This document shows, piece after piece, positions 27,996 through 37,159 of a stretch of DNA of 64,000 nucleotides (position 1 is the stretch's first letter; each line of letters begins with the position of its first letter). Below the pieces are notes generated by a model that was not told the DNA's origin, ran no database searches, and saw only the letters and a program-made list of their open reading frames with translations. The stretch is from a virus (taxonomy: Duplodnaviria; Heunggongvirae; Uroviricota; Caudoviricetes): IMG/VR virus record IMGVR_UViG_2703718817_000003; one strand, given 5' to 3'. Made by a program: the position numbers and the translations under genes.

Positions 27996-28280
27996 ATGAG
28001 TGCAATAGCGACCAGTGACACAGTTTGTTCTGGTCATGGAGGATTCCCTCCGCGACCTGTAGCAGAAACAGTTTCCTGGTTTACCGTAAATGGAAAGCCA
28101 GTGGTTGTAGATGGGGGAGCGTTCCCCAGCCATACAGACGGAAATAGCGCGCACCCCGGATCAGCCGTATCGACGCGCTCATGGTTTGCAATAGGCGGAA
28201 AAGGAGTTGTTTGTGTGGGAGATCCCCTTTCTTGTGGCTCAGTCATCGCCAATGGTGAGGCAATTTTTCAGGTGTCATAA
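27996..28280 (+). CDS. PAAR-like spike-tip domain protein
   Basis: 94 aa with repeated G-K-x-V-x-V / GD..xCG motifs (FTVNGKPVVVDGG, IGGKGVVCVGDPLSCG); AGGAGG SD. Confidence 0.45.
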   Translation: MSAIATSDTVCSGHGGFPPRPVAETVSWFTVNGKPVVVDGGAFPSHTDGNSAHPGSAVSTRSWFAIGGKGVVCVGDPLSCGSVIANGEAIFQVS

Positions 28281-29074
28281 TGCTTGATTCAATCGCTGAA
28301 GTTAATGCATTCAAAATTCTAAATGCATCAGGCACAACTACGCCTGCATCTATCACGCTAAGTAAAACAGCGTCATCCAATGCCAGTTCTCTGGAAGAGA
28401 ATATCCAGGCTCTTATCCTGAAGGATAAAGCATACCCGGCGTCGGTGGTTTCATGGGTCAATCAGCTTTCTGTCTTTTCAGAACAACTGAAAACTGTCAG
28501 TGCAGAAGCAACCAATTTAGCCGACTCGCTGTCTCCGTATACTTCGCCAACTGAATTACTTCAGATGAAAATTGGCTGGGAATGTTACGTCAAAGGTAAT
28601 GAGTTATCTCCTGCGCCAGAATTTGCTCTCGTAACAGTTATGGGAGATACCCTGCATCCGCAATCGCTTATTGACGCGTTGGCTGCATTTGAACTGGTGC
28701 CAATCACTTCAGCCATGGCCGCTATAAATGCAAAAGTTCAGGCGTCAAGCGGGGAGGCTTCAGGCAACGGAAGTTCCACCGGAACAACACAGCAACCAGC
28801 ACTAACAGAAGAAGAGATCAAAGCACTAAAAGACGCTGTGGAAGCAGCAACAGAACAAATAAATGCAATAAACAACACGAGCAGTAGTCTCTCAACACTT
28901 GCACAGCAAGTTAAGGACTCTACCGGAAAAGCCAAACAGGGACTGGAAAATGCTGTAGCTATTACGTTAACCGGTTCTCTACTGGGCGATGAAGTAATGA
29001 GTCCGGCAATCAGTTTGATCATGCCACAAGGTGTAATCGATGCGCTCCAAAGCAACACTAAAAAGGAATCATAA
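28280..29074 (+). CDS. hypothetical protein coupled to PAAR-like gene
   Basis: 264 aa, start overlaps upstream stop; Ser/Thr/Ala-rich, no enzymatic motif. Confidence 0.45.
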   Translation: MLDSIAEVNAFKILNASGTTTPASITLSKTASSNASSLEENIQALILKDKAYPASVVSWVNQLSVFSEQLKTVSAEATNLADSLSPYTSPTELLQMKIGWECYVKGNELSPAPEFALVTVMGDTLHPQSLIDALAAFELVPITSAMAAINAKVQASSGEASGNGSSTGTTQQPALTEEEIKALKDAVEAATEQINAINNTSSSLSTLAQQVKDSTGKAKQGLENAVAITLTGSLLGDEVMSPAISLIMPQGVIDALQSNTKKES

Positions 29075-29144
29075 CCACACCATTTAAGCCCATAAATGGT
29101 TACAAATTGGTACACATATCACACCAACAAAAAATCTGAAGAGG

Positions 29145-29603
29145 ATGGTTTTGAAAAAGATAATTTTGATAGTAGTTGCGCTTTTAGCCATTTATGGAAT
29201 TTACCGTACTACGGCGGCAGTTATCGATCACATCAGGTATATCCGTTCCCTGGAAGACTCAAAATCACAACTTGAAAGCGAGAACAACACGCTTTCTACC
29301 GCATTGCAGTTAAGTGAAAAATCGCGATCTGCCATGATGGCTGAAAACGAAAGAATTAAAACACTGGAGAAGGAGTACCAGCGCAAAACAGCAGAACTGA
29401 ATACCAGCCTGATCAAACAACGGGAGGAAAGCCAGAATGAAATCAATCGTCTTGAAACTGCGTTACGTAATGCCGGGGTTAATGATGTGCGTGTGCCTGA
29501 TGACGTTATCAGGATGCAGCGGGAACGGGCAAAAGAAATCAATCAGCGTGCCAATGCAAATTACCGTAGAAGCCACCAGCAAACCGCAGGGAAATCTGAT
29601 TGA
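29145..29603 (+). CDS. i-spanin (Rz-like)
   Basis: N-terminal TM helix (IILIVVALLAIYGIY) then long coiled-coil periplasmic domain. Confidence 0.65.
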   Translation: MVLKKIILIVVALLAIYGIYRTTAAVIDHIRYIRSLEDSKSQLESENNTLSTALQLSEKSRSAMMAENERIKTLEKEYQRKTAELNTSLIKQREESQNEINRLETALRNAGVNDVRVPDDVIRMQRERAKEINQRANANYRRSHQQTAGKSD

Positions 29604-29769
29604 TTATACCCCTTGCATAGTGCCAGAGGACACACCTGTGCTGTTAAACAAGTATCCGGCATACACTGAACAGTTATTCAGCACTATCGATGAATGCAAC
29701 CAACGAAATGCACTGAATAACCAAAGGAACAGGGAAATTTGGGAAGGGAAGGGGGATCACGGCTCCTGA
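29437..29769 (+). CDS. o-spanin (Rz1-like lipoprotein), overlapped with i-spanin in another frame
   Basis: Signal peptide with lipobox LMTLSGC; starts inside i-spanin gene and extends past it; GGGAGG SD. Confidence 0.6.
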   Translation: MKSIVLKLRYVMPGLMMCVCLMTLSGCSGNGQKKSISVPMQITVEATSKPQGNLIDYTPCIVPEDTPVLLNKYPAYTEQLFSTIDECNQRNALNNQRNREIWEGKGDHGS

Positions 29770-30215
29770 AGCCAGATATCCTGGCTGTCAGCTTCTTCAA
29801 AACCGTGACAGACGTTAAAGTCACTCAAGCGATACTGGCGCTGACGGCCTCTATTTCGCTCATGCCAATGCATATATCCACCGGCAAATGCCAGCGGACA
29901 ATCGCTATAGTCGATGTAGCCAATACCATTACCCAAACGCGCTTCGCGCGCCCCGGCTTTCCAGGACAGTAGAAAAGAGTCACGATCTGCCAGCATGACT
30001 ACAAAATCATCTGGATCGCCTATGCAGTGAAGAATGCCTGCCTTGCATAACTGTTTGAGTGCCTTAGACTGGCTCAGGATGTCTTCACCGTAATACTGAA
30101 AACAATCATCAACAATAGCGGGATAGCCAGCGGGTGGATTCAGGCTGGTTGGTATAGCTGACGCGATAGCCAGCATTAAACGATATTGTGTTTTCGATGG
30201 GTTCGCGTGACTCAT
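29757..30215 (-). CDS. hypothetical protein
   Basis: Start set at MSHANPSK (30215) with GAGGA SD; ORF-track frame 29757..30239. Confidence 0.4.
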   Translation of the reverse strand: MSHANPSKTQYRLMLAIASAIPTSLNPPAGYPAIVDDCFQYYGEDILSQSKALKQLCKAGILHCIGDPDDFVVMLADRDSFLLSWKAGAREARLGNGIGYIDYSDCPLAFAGGYMHWHERNRGRQRQYRLSDFNVCHGFEEADSQDIWLQEP

Positions 30216-30226
30216 GTTTCCTCTAC

Positions 30227-30619
30227 TCACTGTCTCCATGCATTTTTCAGCTCCGGAATATCAGCCATTTCCACTAACTTCCGAAGCCCCGCGCTGACCT
30301 TCCCATTACCAACCGCAGCAAGCCAATCCCTTACTGACTTCGGCATATAAAGAGTGGTCGTTACAGGATCTTCCACTCTTACAGGCGTGCCAATTTGAGG
30401 CCACTTAACAGATGCCAAAACGTCAGAAGGCGGGGTAAGCGCGGGAACATTAAGAATAGCCTTTCCTGAATGGAGAATCACGATTCGTTCAGCCAGGGAA
30501 AGAATGTCTCTTTCAGTAAGGATTGATGACAGTTGAGCTTCTACAAGGCATCTGCTGCTTGTATTCAGAGAATGGCTTTTAGCACCATTTTTGTATGAAA
30601 CGAAGATCTTGTACGCCAT
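30227..30619 (-). CDS. hypothetical protein, candidate regulator adjacent to operator cluster
   Basis: 130 aa; transcribed divergently from head gene; C-terminal helical segment (VRDWLAAVGNGKVSAGLRKLVEM). Confidence 0.4.
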   Translation of the reverse strand: MAYKIFVSYKNGAKSHSLNTSSRCLVEAQLSSILTERDILSLAERIVILHSGKAILNVPALTPPSDVLASVKWPQIGTPVRVEDPVTTTLYMPKSVRDWLAAVGNGKVSAGLRKLVEMADIPELKNAWRQ

Positions 30620-30620
30620 T

Positions 30621-30700
30621 TGTTCTAATGTTTTATGTTAGAAAATTAAGATTAAAACATACTAACACAAGATTGTTAACGAAAATTATTTTTCTAATGC
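30621..30700. promoter_or_regulatory. cluster of operator-like half-sites (TGTTAGAAAAT / TTCTAATG) in divergent promoter region
   Basis: TTCTAATG (30623), ATGTTAGAAAATT (30635), ACTAACAC (30661), TTTTTCTAATG (30689). Confidence 0.5.
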
Positions 30701-30778
30701 TATTGACTAAATAACAAAGTGAGTATTGTCACCTCGTCAAAAGAATCTTCACGCCGCGCCCGAATTTAGGGTTTAACC

Positions 30779-32476
30779 GTGAACAAGAACATTGAGCCAG
30801 CTCGTAAGCGCGAGCGCGAGATTATGAATCGGGCGGCAAGCGTCATGGCTATGACCGTCGATCCAACCACTGATGCTGCCGGTAACATGATTGCCGACAA
30901 CGAAGTGATGATGGCTAACCTGGAAAAAGCTATCCAGAAAGAGCCTATGTTTGAAGGCGTTGAACCAGAAGCAGCTCGCCAGATCATTGGTAGCTGGGCC
31001 ATGTCTATTCATGAATACAAACGCCAGTATGGGCATTATCCGGCAAGCGATGTATTAGCCAACGCCCATGTAGCACTTGAGCGCCTGATGATGGAGTCCG
31101 CTAAAGAGACTCATGAAGGCGCTGGCAAAGCCATGTTTGAATCAGTAGCCAAGGACATGCGCACCTCCGATGGTGTAATGAAGGTTGCACAATATGCCGC
31201 ACTGATCCTGCCTGCTTCTCTCGGCGCAGCCACCAGCGACGCATGTACGTTTATCCCTTGTGATCGTGATGAAACCAATATTTACGAGCTGACCAACGTT
31301 GCTGGTACAAAATTCGGTACATTCGAGCAGGGCGATGAACTGAACATGCAGTCTGCTGGAGTGTATTCGCAGATGAAACGCCTGTACATCCTGACCGAAA
31401 AAGGAGATGGCAGCAAAACCACCTTCCAGTTTGATATCCAGAACTTCGAAGGCCAGGCCTGCCCACTGCGCCAGGGCTACAACAAACTGCTGATTAACCG
31501 CAAACCGTCCAAAGTAGATGATGGTGACGGCAACCTGTATTTCAACGACAAAGACGTCAACGGCAACTCTTTCTCTGTGACGGCAAAGGTTCGATACGAT
31601 ACCGGCGTTATCGATATCACCTTTAATGAAGCACCAGCAGAAGGCACAGAAATCGCTGTTCAGGTTGAAATCAACATTGAACGCAATCCGAACCTGATAC
31701 CTGTCATTAACCAGTCCATGCGCAATTACGCCCTGCGCCCGTCGGAGTACGTGATCGCATCCGAACATACGGTTATGGCTGCATCTGACCTGAGCCGTGA
31801 ACACGGACTCGAACTGGCAGCATTGCAATTCTCTGCAATGCGCAACTGGATTTCCCACGAAATCGATATGATGCGCCTGCGCACTCTGGTATTCCACACC
31901 GTTTACGGTCGTGAATTTGATGTGGCACTGCCAGAAGCGCAGAACTACGAGTCGTGGGTTGGTTTAATTCGCCATGTTGTGAACGCGCTGTCACAGGAGA
32001 TGGCTGACCGCACCCTGACTACCGGTATCCGTGGTGGCTTTGCTGGTGGCGATGCTGCTAACTTCCTGCGTTCCTTACCGCCGCAGCACTTCCAGTTGGC
32101 ACCGGGCTATGTACAGTCGCCGTACATTCAATACATCGGCACCCTGTTTGGTTCCATTCGTATCTACGAAGTGCCGAAGCCTATCTGCAAACAATTCCAG
32201 AAATATGGCTACGACTTCGGCCTGGACGACATCTATTTCTATGGTCGTGGCGAAGGCATTGGTAAAGCAGGCCTGGTCGCAGGTGATGCTGTGCCTGCTA
32301 TTCCGTATGTCCACGAAACAAATCCAGCCCTGGTGAACCGCACCACTTTCTGGGGCAAAGCAATCAACGATGTGCATCCGCGCAACGGTGAGAACTATTT
32401 CACTCGCCTTCGCCTGACACGTTCGAAAGAAGGTGCGATTGACATGTTGAGCGGGCAAATCAACGAAAAAAAGTAG
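30779..32476 (+). CDS. putative major head (capsid) protein precursor
   Basis: 565 aa (~62 kDa) with helical N-terminal ~120 aa (delta/scaffold-like) followed by large beta-rich body; immediately upstream of sheath-like gene; start GTG 30779 or ATG 30824. Confidence 0.45.
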   Translation: MNKNIEPARKREREIMNRAASVMAMTVDPTTDAAGNMIADNEVMMANLEKAIQKEPMFEGVEPEAARQIIGSWAMSIHEYKRQYGHYPASDVLANAHVALERLMMESAKETHEGAGKAMFESVAKDMRTSDGVMKVAQYAALILPASLGAATSDACTFIPCDRDETNIYELTNVAGTKFGTFEQGDELNMQSAGVYSQMKRLYILTEKGDGSKTTFQFDIQNFEGQACPLRQGYNKLLINRKPSKVDDGDGNLYFNDKDVNGNSFSVTAKVRYDTGVIDITFNEAPAEGTEIAVQVEINIERNPNLIPVINQSMRNYALRPSEYVIASEHTVMAASDLSREHGLELAALQFSAMRNWISHEIDMMRLRTLVFHTVYGREFDVALPEAQNYESWVGLIRHVVNALSQEMADRTLTTGIRGGFAGGDAANFLRSLPPQHFQLAPGYVQSPYIQYIGTLFGSIRIYEVPKPICKQFQKYGYDFGLDDIYFYGRGEGIGKAGLVAGDAVPAIPYVHETNPALVNRTTFWGKAINDVHPRNGENYFTRLRLTRSKEGAIDMLSGQINEKK

Positions 32477-32580
32477 CAGTGGCGAACGTGTCAGTTTCAC
32501 CAACGGCAATTGAAGTAAACGAAGGTGAAACTATCGCCGCGAGCACTTCAAAGACACGAAAAACACCCAAAAAGAAGTAA
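32467..32580 (+). other. candidate -1 programmed frameshift site (A_AAA_AAG) and 35-codon -1 frame extension encoding start of an Ig-like (Big_2) domain
   Basis: Heptamer A AAA AAG at last two codons of head gene; -1 frame reads VAVANVSVSPTAIEVNEGETIAASTSKTRKTPKKK then stops at 32578-32580. Confidence 0.4.
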
Positions 32581-32617
32581 AACCAGCCCCTGAATAGGGG
32601 GCTATATGGAGGAAAAA

Positions 32618-32896
32618 ATGGCTGATATCAAAGTAACTATTACCCCACCAAATGCGACAGATAAAACTTTCACTGTCGAATCCGATCATCCGGAAATTGT
32701 GAGAGTTGATGGAACCACATGCACCGCAGTATCTGCTGGTACTGCGGTACTAACCATCAAAACTACAGATGGAAATAAAACCGCAACGTGCACTGTAACG
32801 GTTAATGAAGCCGTAGTAAGTGTCGACTCTGTCAGCGTTGATCCGTCAACCAAAGAAGTGACGGTAGGTGACAGCTTCACGGTCGGCGAAGCCTGA
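32618..32896 (+). CDS. Big_2 (bacterial Ig-like) domain protein
   Basis: ITPPNATDKTFTVESDHPEIVRVDGTTCTAVSAGTAVLTIKTTDGNKTATCTVTV matches Big_2 pattern; GGAGGA SD before ATG 32618; alternative ATG 32606. Confidence 0.55.
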   Translation: MADIKVTITPPNATDKTFTVESDHPEIVRVDGTTCTAVSAGTAVLTIKTTDGNKTATCTVTVNEAVVSVDSVSVDPSTKEVTVGDSFTVGEA

Positions 32897-32961
32897 TAAA
32901 AGCCTCCCCATGCAAATGGGGAGGCTTCTCTCATCCGCTCGATAAAGAGGAAAAGAGCAGC

Positions 32962-34617
32962 ATGAATAAAATTGGTTTTTCTGTTGGTCAGGCTGCGGGC
33001 GTTGCGGTAGCGGACGTTAATGCCGATGCTACTCTGACTAACACATCTGGCGGTGCTTCCGTCTTTGCCGGGCTGGTCATTTCCCGCAGAGGGGCGCCAG
33101 GTAAGGTTTTGCAGGTTACAGCAGCCAACTATCAGAGCGTGTTAGGTTCACCTCTTCACCCGCGCACCGGGGCCGCATTTGAACCATATCGCCACGTTGA
33201 ACGCGCAGTAAAAGGCGGCAGCGGTTATGTGGTTCGCGTATGCGCAAAAGACATGAAAGTACCGGGCATTGCCGTTTCTGTTCAGGCCAAGTCGAAAAGC
33301 ACTAAGTCTGCAAAAACTCTGCAAATTGCTCCGACCGAAGCAACGGTAAACATCGGCGATACACTGACCGTTCGTGCCGTTTCTGGTGCCACTTCTACGG
33401 TAACTTTCGCTGCAAGCGAAACACCTGAAATTTCCGGCAGTGAACTGGCTATTTTCTACATAAAGGACGGTGATGCTTCGACAAACCGCACGTTATCACT
33501 GACCCGTGAGGACGAAGAAAATGACCTGTTCACTCTGGAACTGAAAGAGACACAGACCGATGGTTCTGTAGAAACTCTGGAAAGCTACCAGGTTTCTTTC
33601 GATCCGGATGCAACGAACGATATGGGCCAGCCAGCATGGATTCCTGCGTTGTTAGAAAGTCAGTCCACCAGGCTTGGAGCTGTACTGGCTGATGGTGCCG
33701 AAGACTCCGCTCACTTGCTGACTTTCGAAGATGTAGCGTTTGAAGGCGGTACAGATGGCGATCTGTCCTCAATTGACGCTGATGATTATCTGAAAGCGTT
33801 AGAGGTTCTCGAAGCGTCAGAAGTTAATTATACCGCGCTGCTTTCTCTGGGCTGCTACGACGCATCCGTGCTGGCAAAAATCAATTCGCTGGCAGAAGAC
33901 GTTCGCGTGGATATGTTCTACGACCTGAAATGTGCTCAGACTGGTGAAAACGCTATCGCAGAAGCTAAATCACATGGTTTCGGCAAATCCCACCAGGCTG
34001 CACGTTATCACTTCCCGTACTCATGCCGTGACACTTTCAGCGGTATGAATGTGGTTTACGGAATCAGTTGCGACGCATTTGTGGCAAAAGCGAAAGGCGT
34101 TGCGCTTGTGTCTGATGTAGGCGGCTGGCATTACGCCCCGGCTGGTCTGTCTCGCGCAATCATTGATCGCCAGAACATCACCAGACTCTCCGGGATTGGC
34201 ACAATCGATCGTGAAGCGTATGTAACCGCTCGTATTAACCCTGTAAGCGTTGCAGCGGATGGTTCTGTCTACATCGACGACTCCCTGACGACATACAGCA
34301 AAAATAACCATCTGCGATTCCAGCACGTTTCATCACTGATGAATGCAATTGCCCGCAATTTCTATGAAGTTGCTCAGGCAATCAAGCATGAACCTGATGG
34401 CGTAACGCAGGAAAGTCTGACTAACGCACTGACAGATCTTCTGGACCGTTTTTATGCGGCTGGTGCGCTGGTTACACCACGCGATGAATCTCAAGGTTCA
34501 GACCCTTATGTGGTCAAGGTAACTCAAAAAGACATCGACTTGTGGGAAGTGGAATGGTCCGTGTGCCCAACAGGCACTGCTCGTCGAATCCTCGGCAAAC
34601 CAATCCTGATGCGTTGA
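32962..34617 (+). CDS. putative tail sheath protein (with Ig-like insertion)
   Basis: 551 aa (~58 kDa) following head gene, consistent with P1-like head-sheath order; internal Ig-like segment (QIAPTEATVNIGDTLTVRAVSGATSTVTF). Confidence 0.4.
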   Translation: MNKIGFSVGQAAGVAVADVNADATLTNTSGGASVFAGLVISRRGAPGKVLQVTAANYQSVLGSPLHPRTGAAFEPYRHVERAVKGGSGYVVRVCAKDMKVPGIAVSVQAKSKSTKSAKTLQIAPTEATVNIGDTLTVRAVSGATSTVTFAASETPEISGSELAIFYIKDGDASTNRTLSLTREDEENDLFTLELKETQTDGSVETLESYQVSFDPDATNDMGQPAWIPALLESQSTRLGAVLADGAEDSAHLLTFEDVAFEGGTDGDLSSIDADDYLKALEVLEASEVNYTALLSLGCYDASVLAKINSLAEDVRVDMFYDLKCAQTGENAIAEAKSHGFGKSHQAARYHFPYSCRDTFSGMNVVYGISCDAFVAKAKGVALVSDVGGWHYAPAGLSRAIIDRQNITRLSGIGTIDREAYVTARINPVSVAADGSVYIDDSLTTYSKNNHLRFQHVSSLMNAIARNFYEVAQAIKHEPDGVTQESLTNALTDLLDRFYAAGALVTPRDESQGSDPYVVKVTQKDIDLWEVEWSVCPTGTARRILGKPILMR

Positions 34618-34660
34618 TTTATCTTCCCCGCTGAAACGCGGGGATGAATGAGGTTTCCTA

Positions 34661-35407
34661 ATGAAAAACTATTCTGTTGTTGATCCATTCATGCGCGCGC
34701 TATTTGCAGGCAAAACAGCCGATAACGCAGATACAGCCATACTGGAAAGCGCCAAAGATTCTGGTTGTTTTGAAAGTGGCGATAACGCCATCCTGGAAAG
34801 TGCCAAGAATGGAACCGATGGCGCGGATATCGAAGCCGCAATGATGGAAGCGGTGGAATCCCGTGCACAAAGTGACATCCGCAGTCTGGCAGCTTCAATG
34901 CTGGCGAGCTGGGTAGAAGATGGCGACCCTGAAGCGGATTCATTTGATGCGCTGGCAATCACAATGGCTGGCCTGGCCGACATTGACGAAGACACAGAAC
35001 TGACCGACGAACAGGTTGACGCATATAACGACGCACTCGCGGCGTTGGCTAACGCGGCTGTGGCCCTGGGCGCTGATCAGGACGACGTCACCGAGATGAT
35101 CGATGACGAAGATGACGCGGCAGCAGAACGCGTATTTGACGCACTGTCAGAAAGCGATAGCGAAATGATGGAAGAAGCCATTGCAATTTACACCGTTGCT
35201 GGTGGCAATACAGCAATGCTCGAAGCTGTAAGCAAAAAAGTCGTCCGTGATGGCAAGGTTACTATCATCCGCAAACGCCCGCGCCCGCGTCGCATGACGT
35301 CCTTACAAAAGCAGGCGCTGAAAAAAGCGCGCCTTAAGGCGCATACGTCGATAGCTAACACTCGCCGCCGGAAGTCTATCCGCATTCGCAAAAAACGCGG
35401 CCTGTAA
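34661..35407 (+). CDS. acidic protein with basic C-terminal tail (virion-associated candidate)
   Basis: 248 aa, very acidic (D/E-rich) body, C-terminal RKRPRPRR...RRRKSIRIRKKRGL. Confidence 0.45.
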   Translation: MKNYSVVDPFMRALFAGKTADNADTAILESAKDSGCFESGDNAILESAKNGTDGADIEAAMMEAVESRAQSDIRSLAASMLASWVEDGDPEADSFDALAITMAGLADIDEDTELTDEQVDAYNDALAALANAAVALGADQDDVTEMIDDEDDAAAERVFDALSESDSEMMEEAIAIYTVAGGNTAMLEAVSKKVVRDGKVTIIRKRPRPRRMTSLQKQALKKARLKAHTSIANTRRRKSIRIRKKRGL

Positions 35408-35425
35408 TTATGTAAGCCACCTGTA

Positions 35426-36043
35426 ATGGTGGCCTGTTTGGGAGAAATAGCAGTGATTTGCGGCGCGATCATGGCAGACGGCATAAGCCCGCTAATGAAA
35501 GCCTACATCAAGTCAAGTGAGGATATGGTAGTCGGATATATCGGCGAAGGTTCCTCTGCCGAACTATCGTCTCTGTGGCAGTCGCCATTTGAAGATAAAG
35601 CGATGGGCAGCATGTTAGGCGCTATTAGCGAGGCTGCATCATCTCTTGCAGGCATCGTGCAGACATCATCAGGGTACACGAGTAAAAGCCGGTTCAACTC
35701 CACCCTCGTGTGGGAAGGGCAACAACCGCCGGAATTTACCCTTGTCCTGGATTTTTTAGCTACATCCAGCGCAAAAATTGAGGTGAATGACGCCATCACG
35801 ACGTTGCTGAAAATGGCATCGCCAGAACTAAACGACATTACGCCTTTTGGTCGAGTCCCGGAGGCCGTAACGATAAATATCGGCAGGAACGTGATGTTAA
35901 CGAACGTTGTGATCAAAAGCGTCAGCTATCAGCTTGACGCCCCGCGCACATCGGAAGGCTATTTCACCCACAACACGGTCACTCTGCAATGCAGTGGCAA
36001 CACATCTATTAACCGCAGCAATATCTCATCTGTTTTTGTTTAG
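35426..36043 (+). CDS. hypothetical tail-region protein
   Basis: 205-aa ORF in structural operon; start uncertain (alternative GTG 35453). Confidence 0.4.
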   Translation: MVACLGEIAVICGAIMADGISPLMKAYIKSSEDMVVGYIGEGSSAELSSLWQSPFEDKAMGSMLGAISEAASSLAGIVQTSSGYTSKSRFNSTLVWEGQQPPEFTLVLDFLATSSAKIEVNDAITTLLKMASPELNDITPFGRVPEAVTINIGRNVMLTNVVIKSVSYQLDAPRTSEGYFTHNTVTLQCSGNTSINRSNISSVFV

Positions 36044-36051
36044 GAGTAATT

Positions 36052-36543
36052 ATGGCCGGTTTTTCAAACACAAAAGCCGATCTCGCCTTCCTGAAAGCCA
36101 GATTCAACAAGAACCTGGCAGCAGGCGAAAAATTAATTGGCACTGAATACTGGATGACCATTAAGGGATACGAAAATCTGTCAGTGCTGATCCGCACTGC
36201 GCAGTTACCGGAAATGACGCGTGAAGACGTAGAAGATTACGCACCAGGCGGTATGAAGTTCAACCAACACGGTCCGCTGCGTAACTCAGGTGAATTTCAG
36301 GTTACCTGTGCGGAGACGATTGAAGGTGTTGTACTCGCTGCCGTCAAAGAGATGGTTTATCAGAAGAAATATCTGGATATCTCTTTCCAGGCTGCCGCTG
36401 AATCTAACAGCGGTGACAGCAAAGGTCTGTCACGTACTTACTCACACTGCAAAGTGTATTCCGATGCCGTTGATTTCTCATCAGAAGATGTAACGGCGGT
36501 TGTCAGACCGACCCTGCGTATTGTGTACAACTGGGTTGAGTAA
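36052..36543 (+). CDS. possible tail tube protein
   Basis: 163 aa, size and position downstream of sheath-like gene. Confidence 0.35.
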   Translation: MAGFSNTKADLAFLKARFNKNLAAGEKLIGTEYWMTIKGYENLSVLIRTAQLPEMTREDVEDYAPGGMKFNQHGPLRNSGEFQVTCAETIEGVVLAAVKEMVYQKKYLDISFQAAAESNSGDSKGLSRTYSHCKVYSDAVDFSSEDVTAVVRPTLRIVYNWVE

Positions 36544-36594
36544 TACCGATCCCGCTCAAAAGAGCGGGGTTATCCCCCTCCGTCCGGAGCATCT

Positions 36595-37146
36595 ATGACA
36601 CCTTCTGAACTATTAGAAAGCGTTAAAGCGCGATTCAATCCTCTTCTTGTACGGGAAGAGGAGACACTGAAAGCATTCCTGATCAAAGCATTGACTACTT
36701 ACCAGGACAGAGCGGGAGTAGTGAAGGCATTAAAGCTGGAGAAAGCAGACGGTACGGCGATCCCTGTTCCGGATGATTATCTGTCTCTGGTCCACGTCAC
36801 TGACCACAACGGACTTCTGGTTTACGCCGACGAGATTGCCGGTTTTGTCGAACTTGAGCTTACCGGTTCTGAACGCTGGCCTTTCAAGATGCAATACCTT
36901 GTAAATCTCCGCGATCGCAACCTGGATGAGTGGCAAGTTCCACCTGCGATTATCGGAATGCTTGAGGAATATCTTGAAGCACTAATCAATGTCCGCAACG
37001 TTGCCCGCCAGCGAAGGGCGTCAATTGATGGCAAGTTTGATTACTCCGATCTTCCTGATGAGGCGACGCTCTACGCGCGTGTTCAGGAGATAGAAGAAAA
37101 AATGGCAGCCAACCGGGCCATTATCCCTGGTGCCACCATTTTTTAA
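36595..37146 (+). CDS. hypothetical tail-region protein
   Basis: 183-aa ORF in structural operon. Confidence 0.4.
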   Translation: MTPSELLESVKARFNPLLVREEETLKAFLIKALTTYQDRAGVVKALKLEKADGTAIPVPDDYLSLVHVTDHNGLLVYADEIAGFVELELTGSERWPFKMQYLVNLRDRNLDEWQVPPAIIGMLEEYLEALINVRNVARQRRASIDGKFDYSDLPDEATLYARVQEIEEKMAANRAIIPGATIF

Positions 37147-37159
37147 CACGGAGGGCTAC

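Noticed and set aside
31142-31897. 251-aa minus-strand ORF inside the putative head gene (and similar antisense ORFs at 34669..34995, 41497..41844, 53434..53736, 55813..56215)
   Set aside because: Entirely embedded antisense to long, well-supported genes; low-complexity translations; typical shadow ORFs.
32578-32606. Second recoding event to join the -1 extension to the downstream Big_2 ORF
   Set aside because: All three frames contain stop codons in this short interval (32578, 32591, 32595), so no single shift can fuse the parts.
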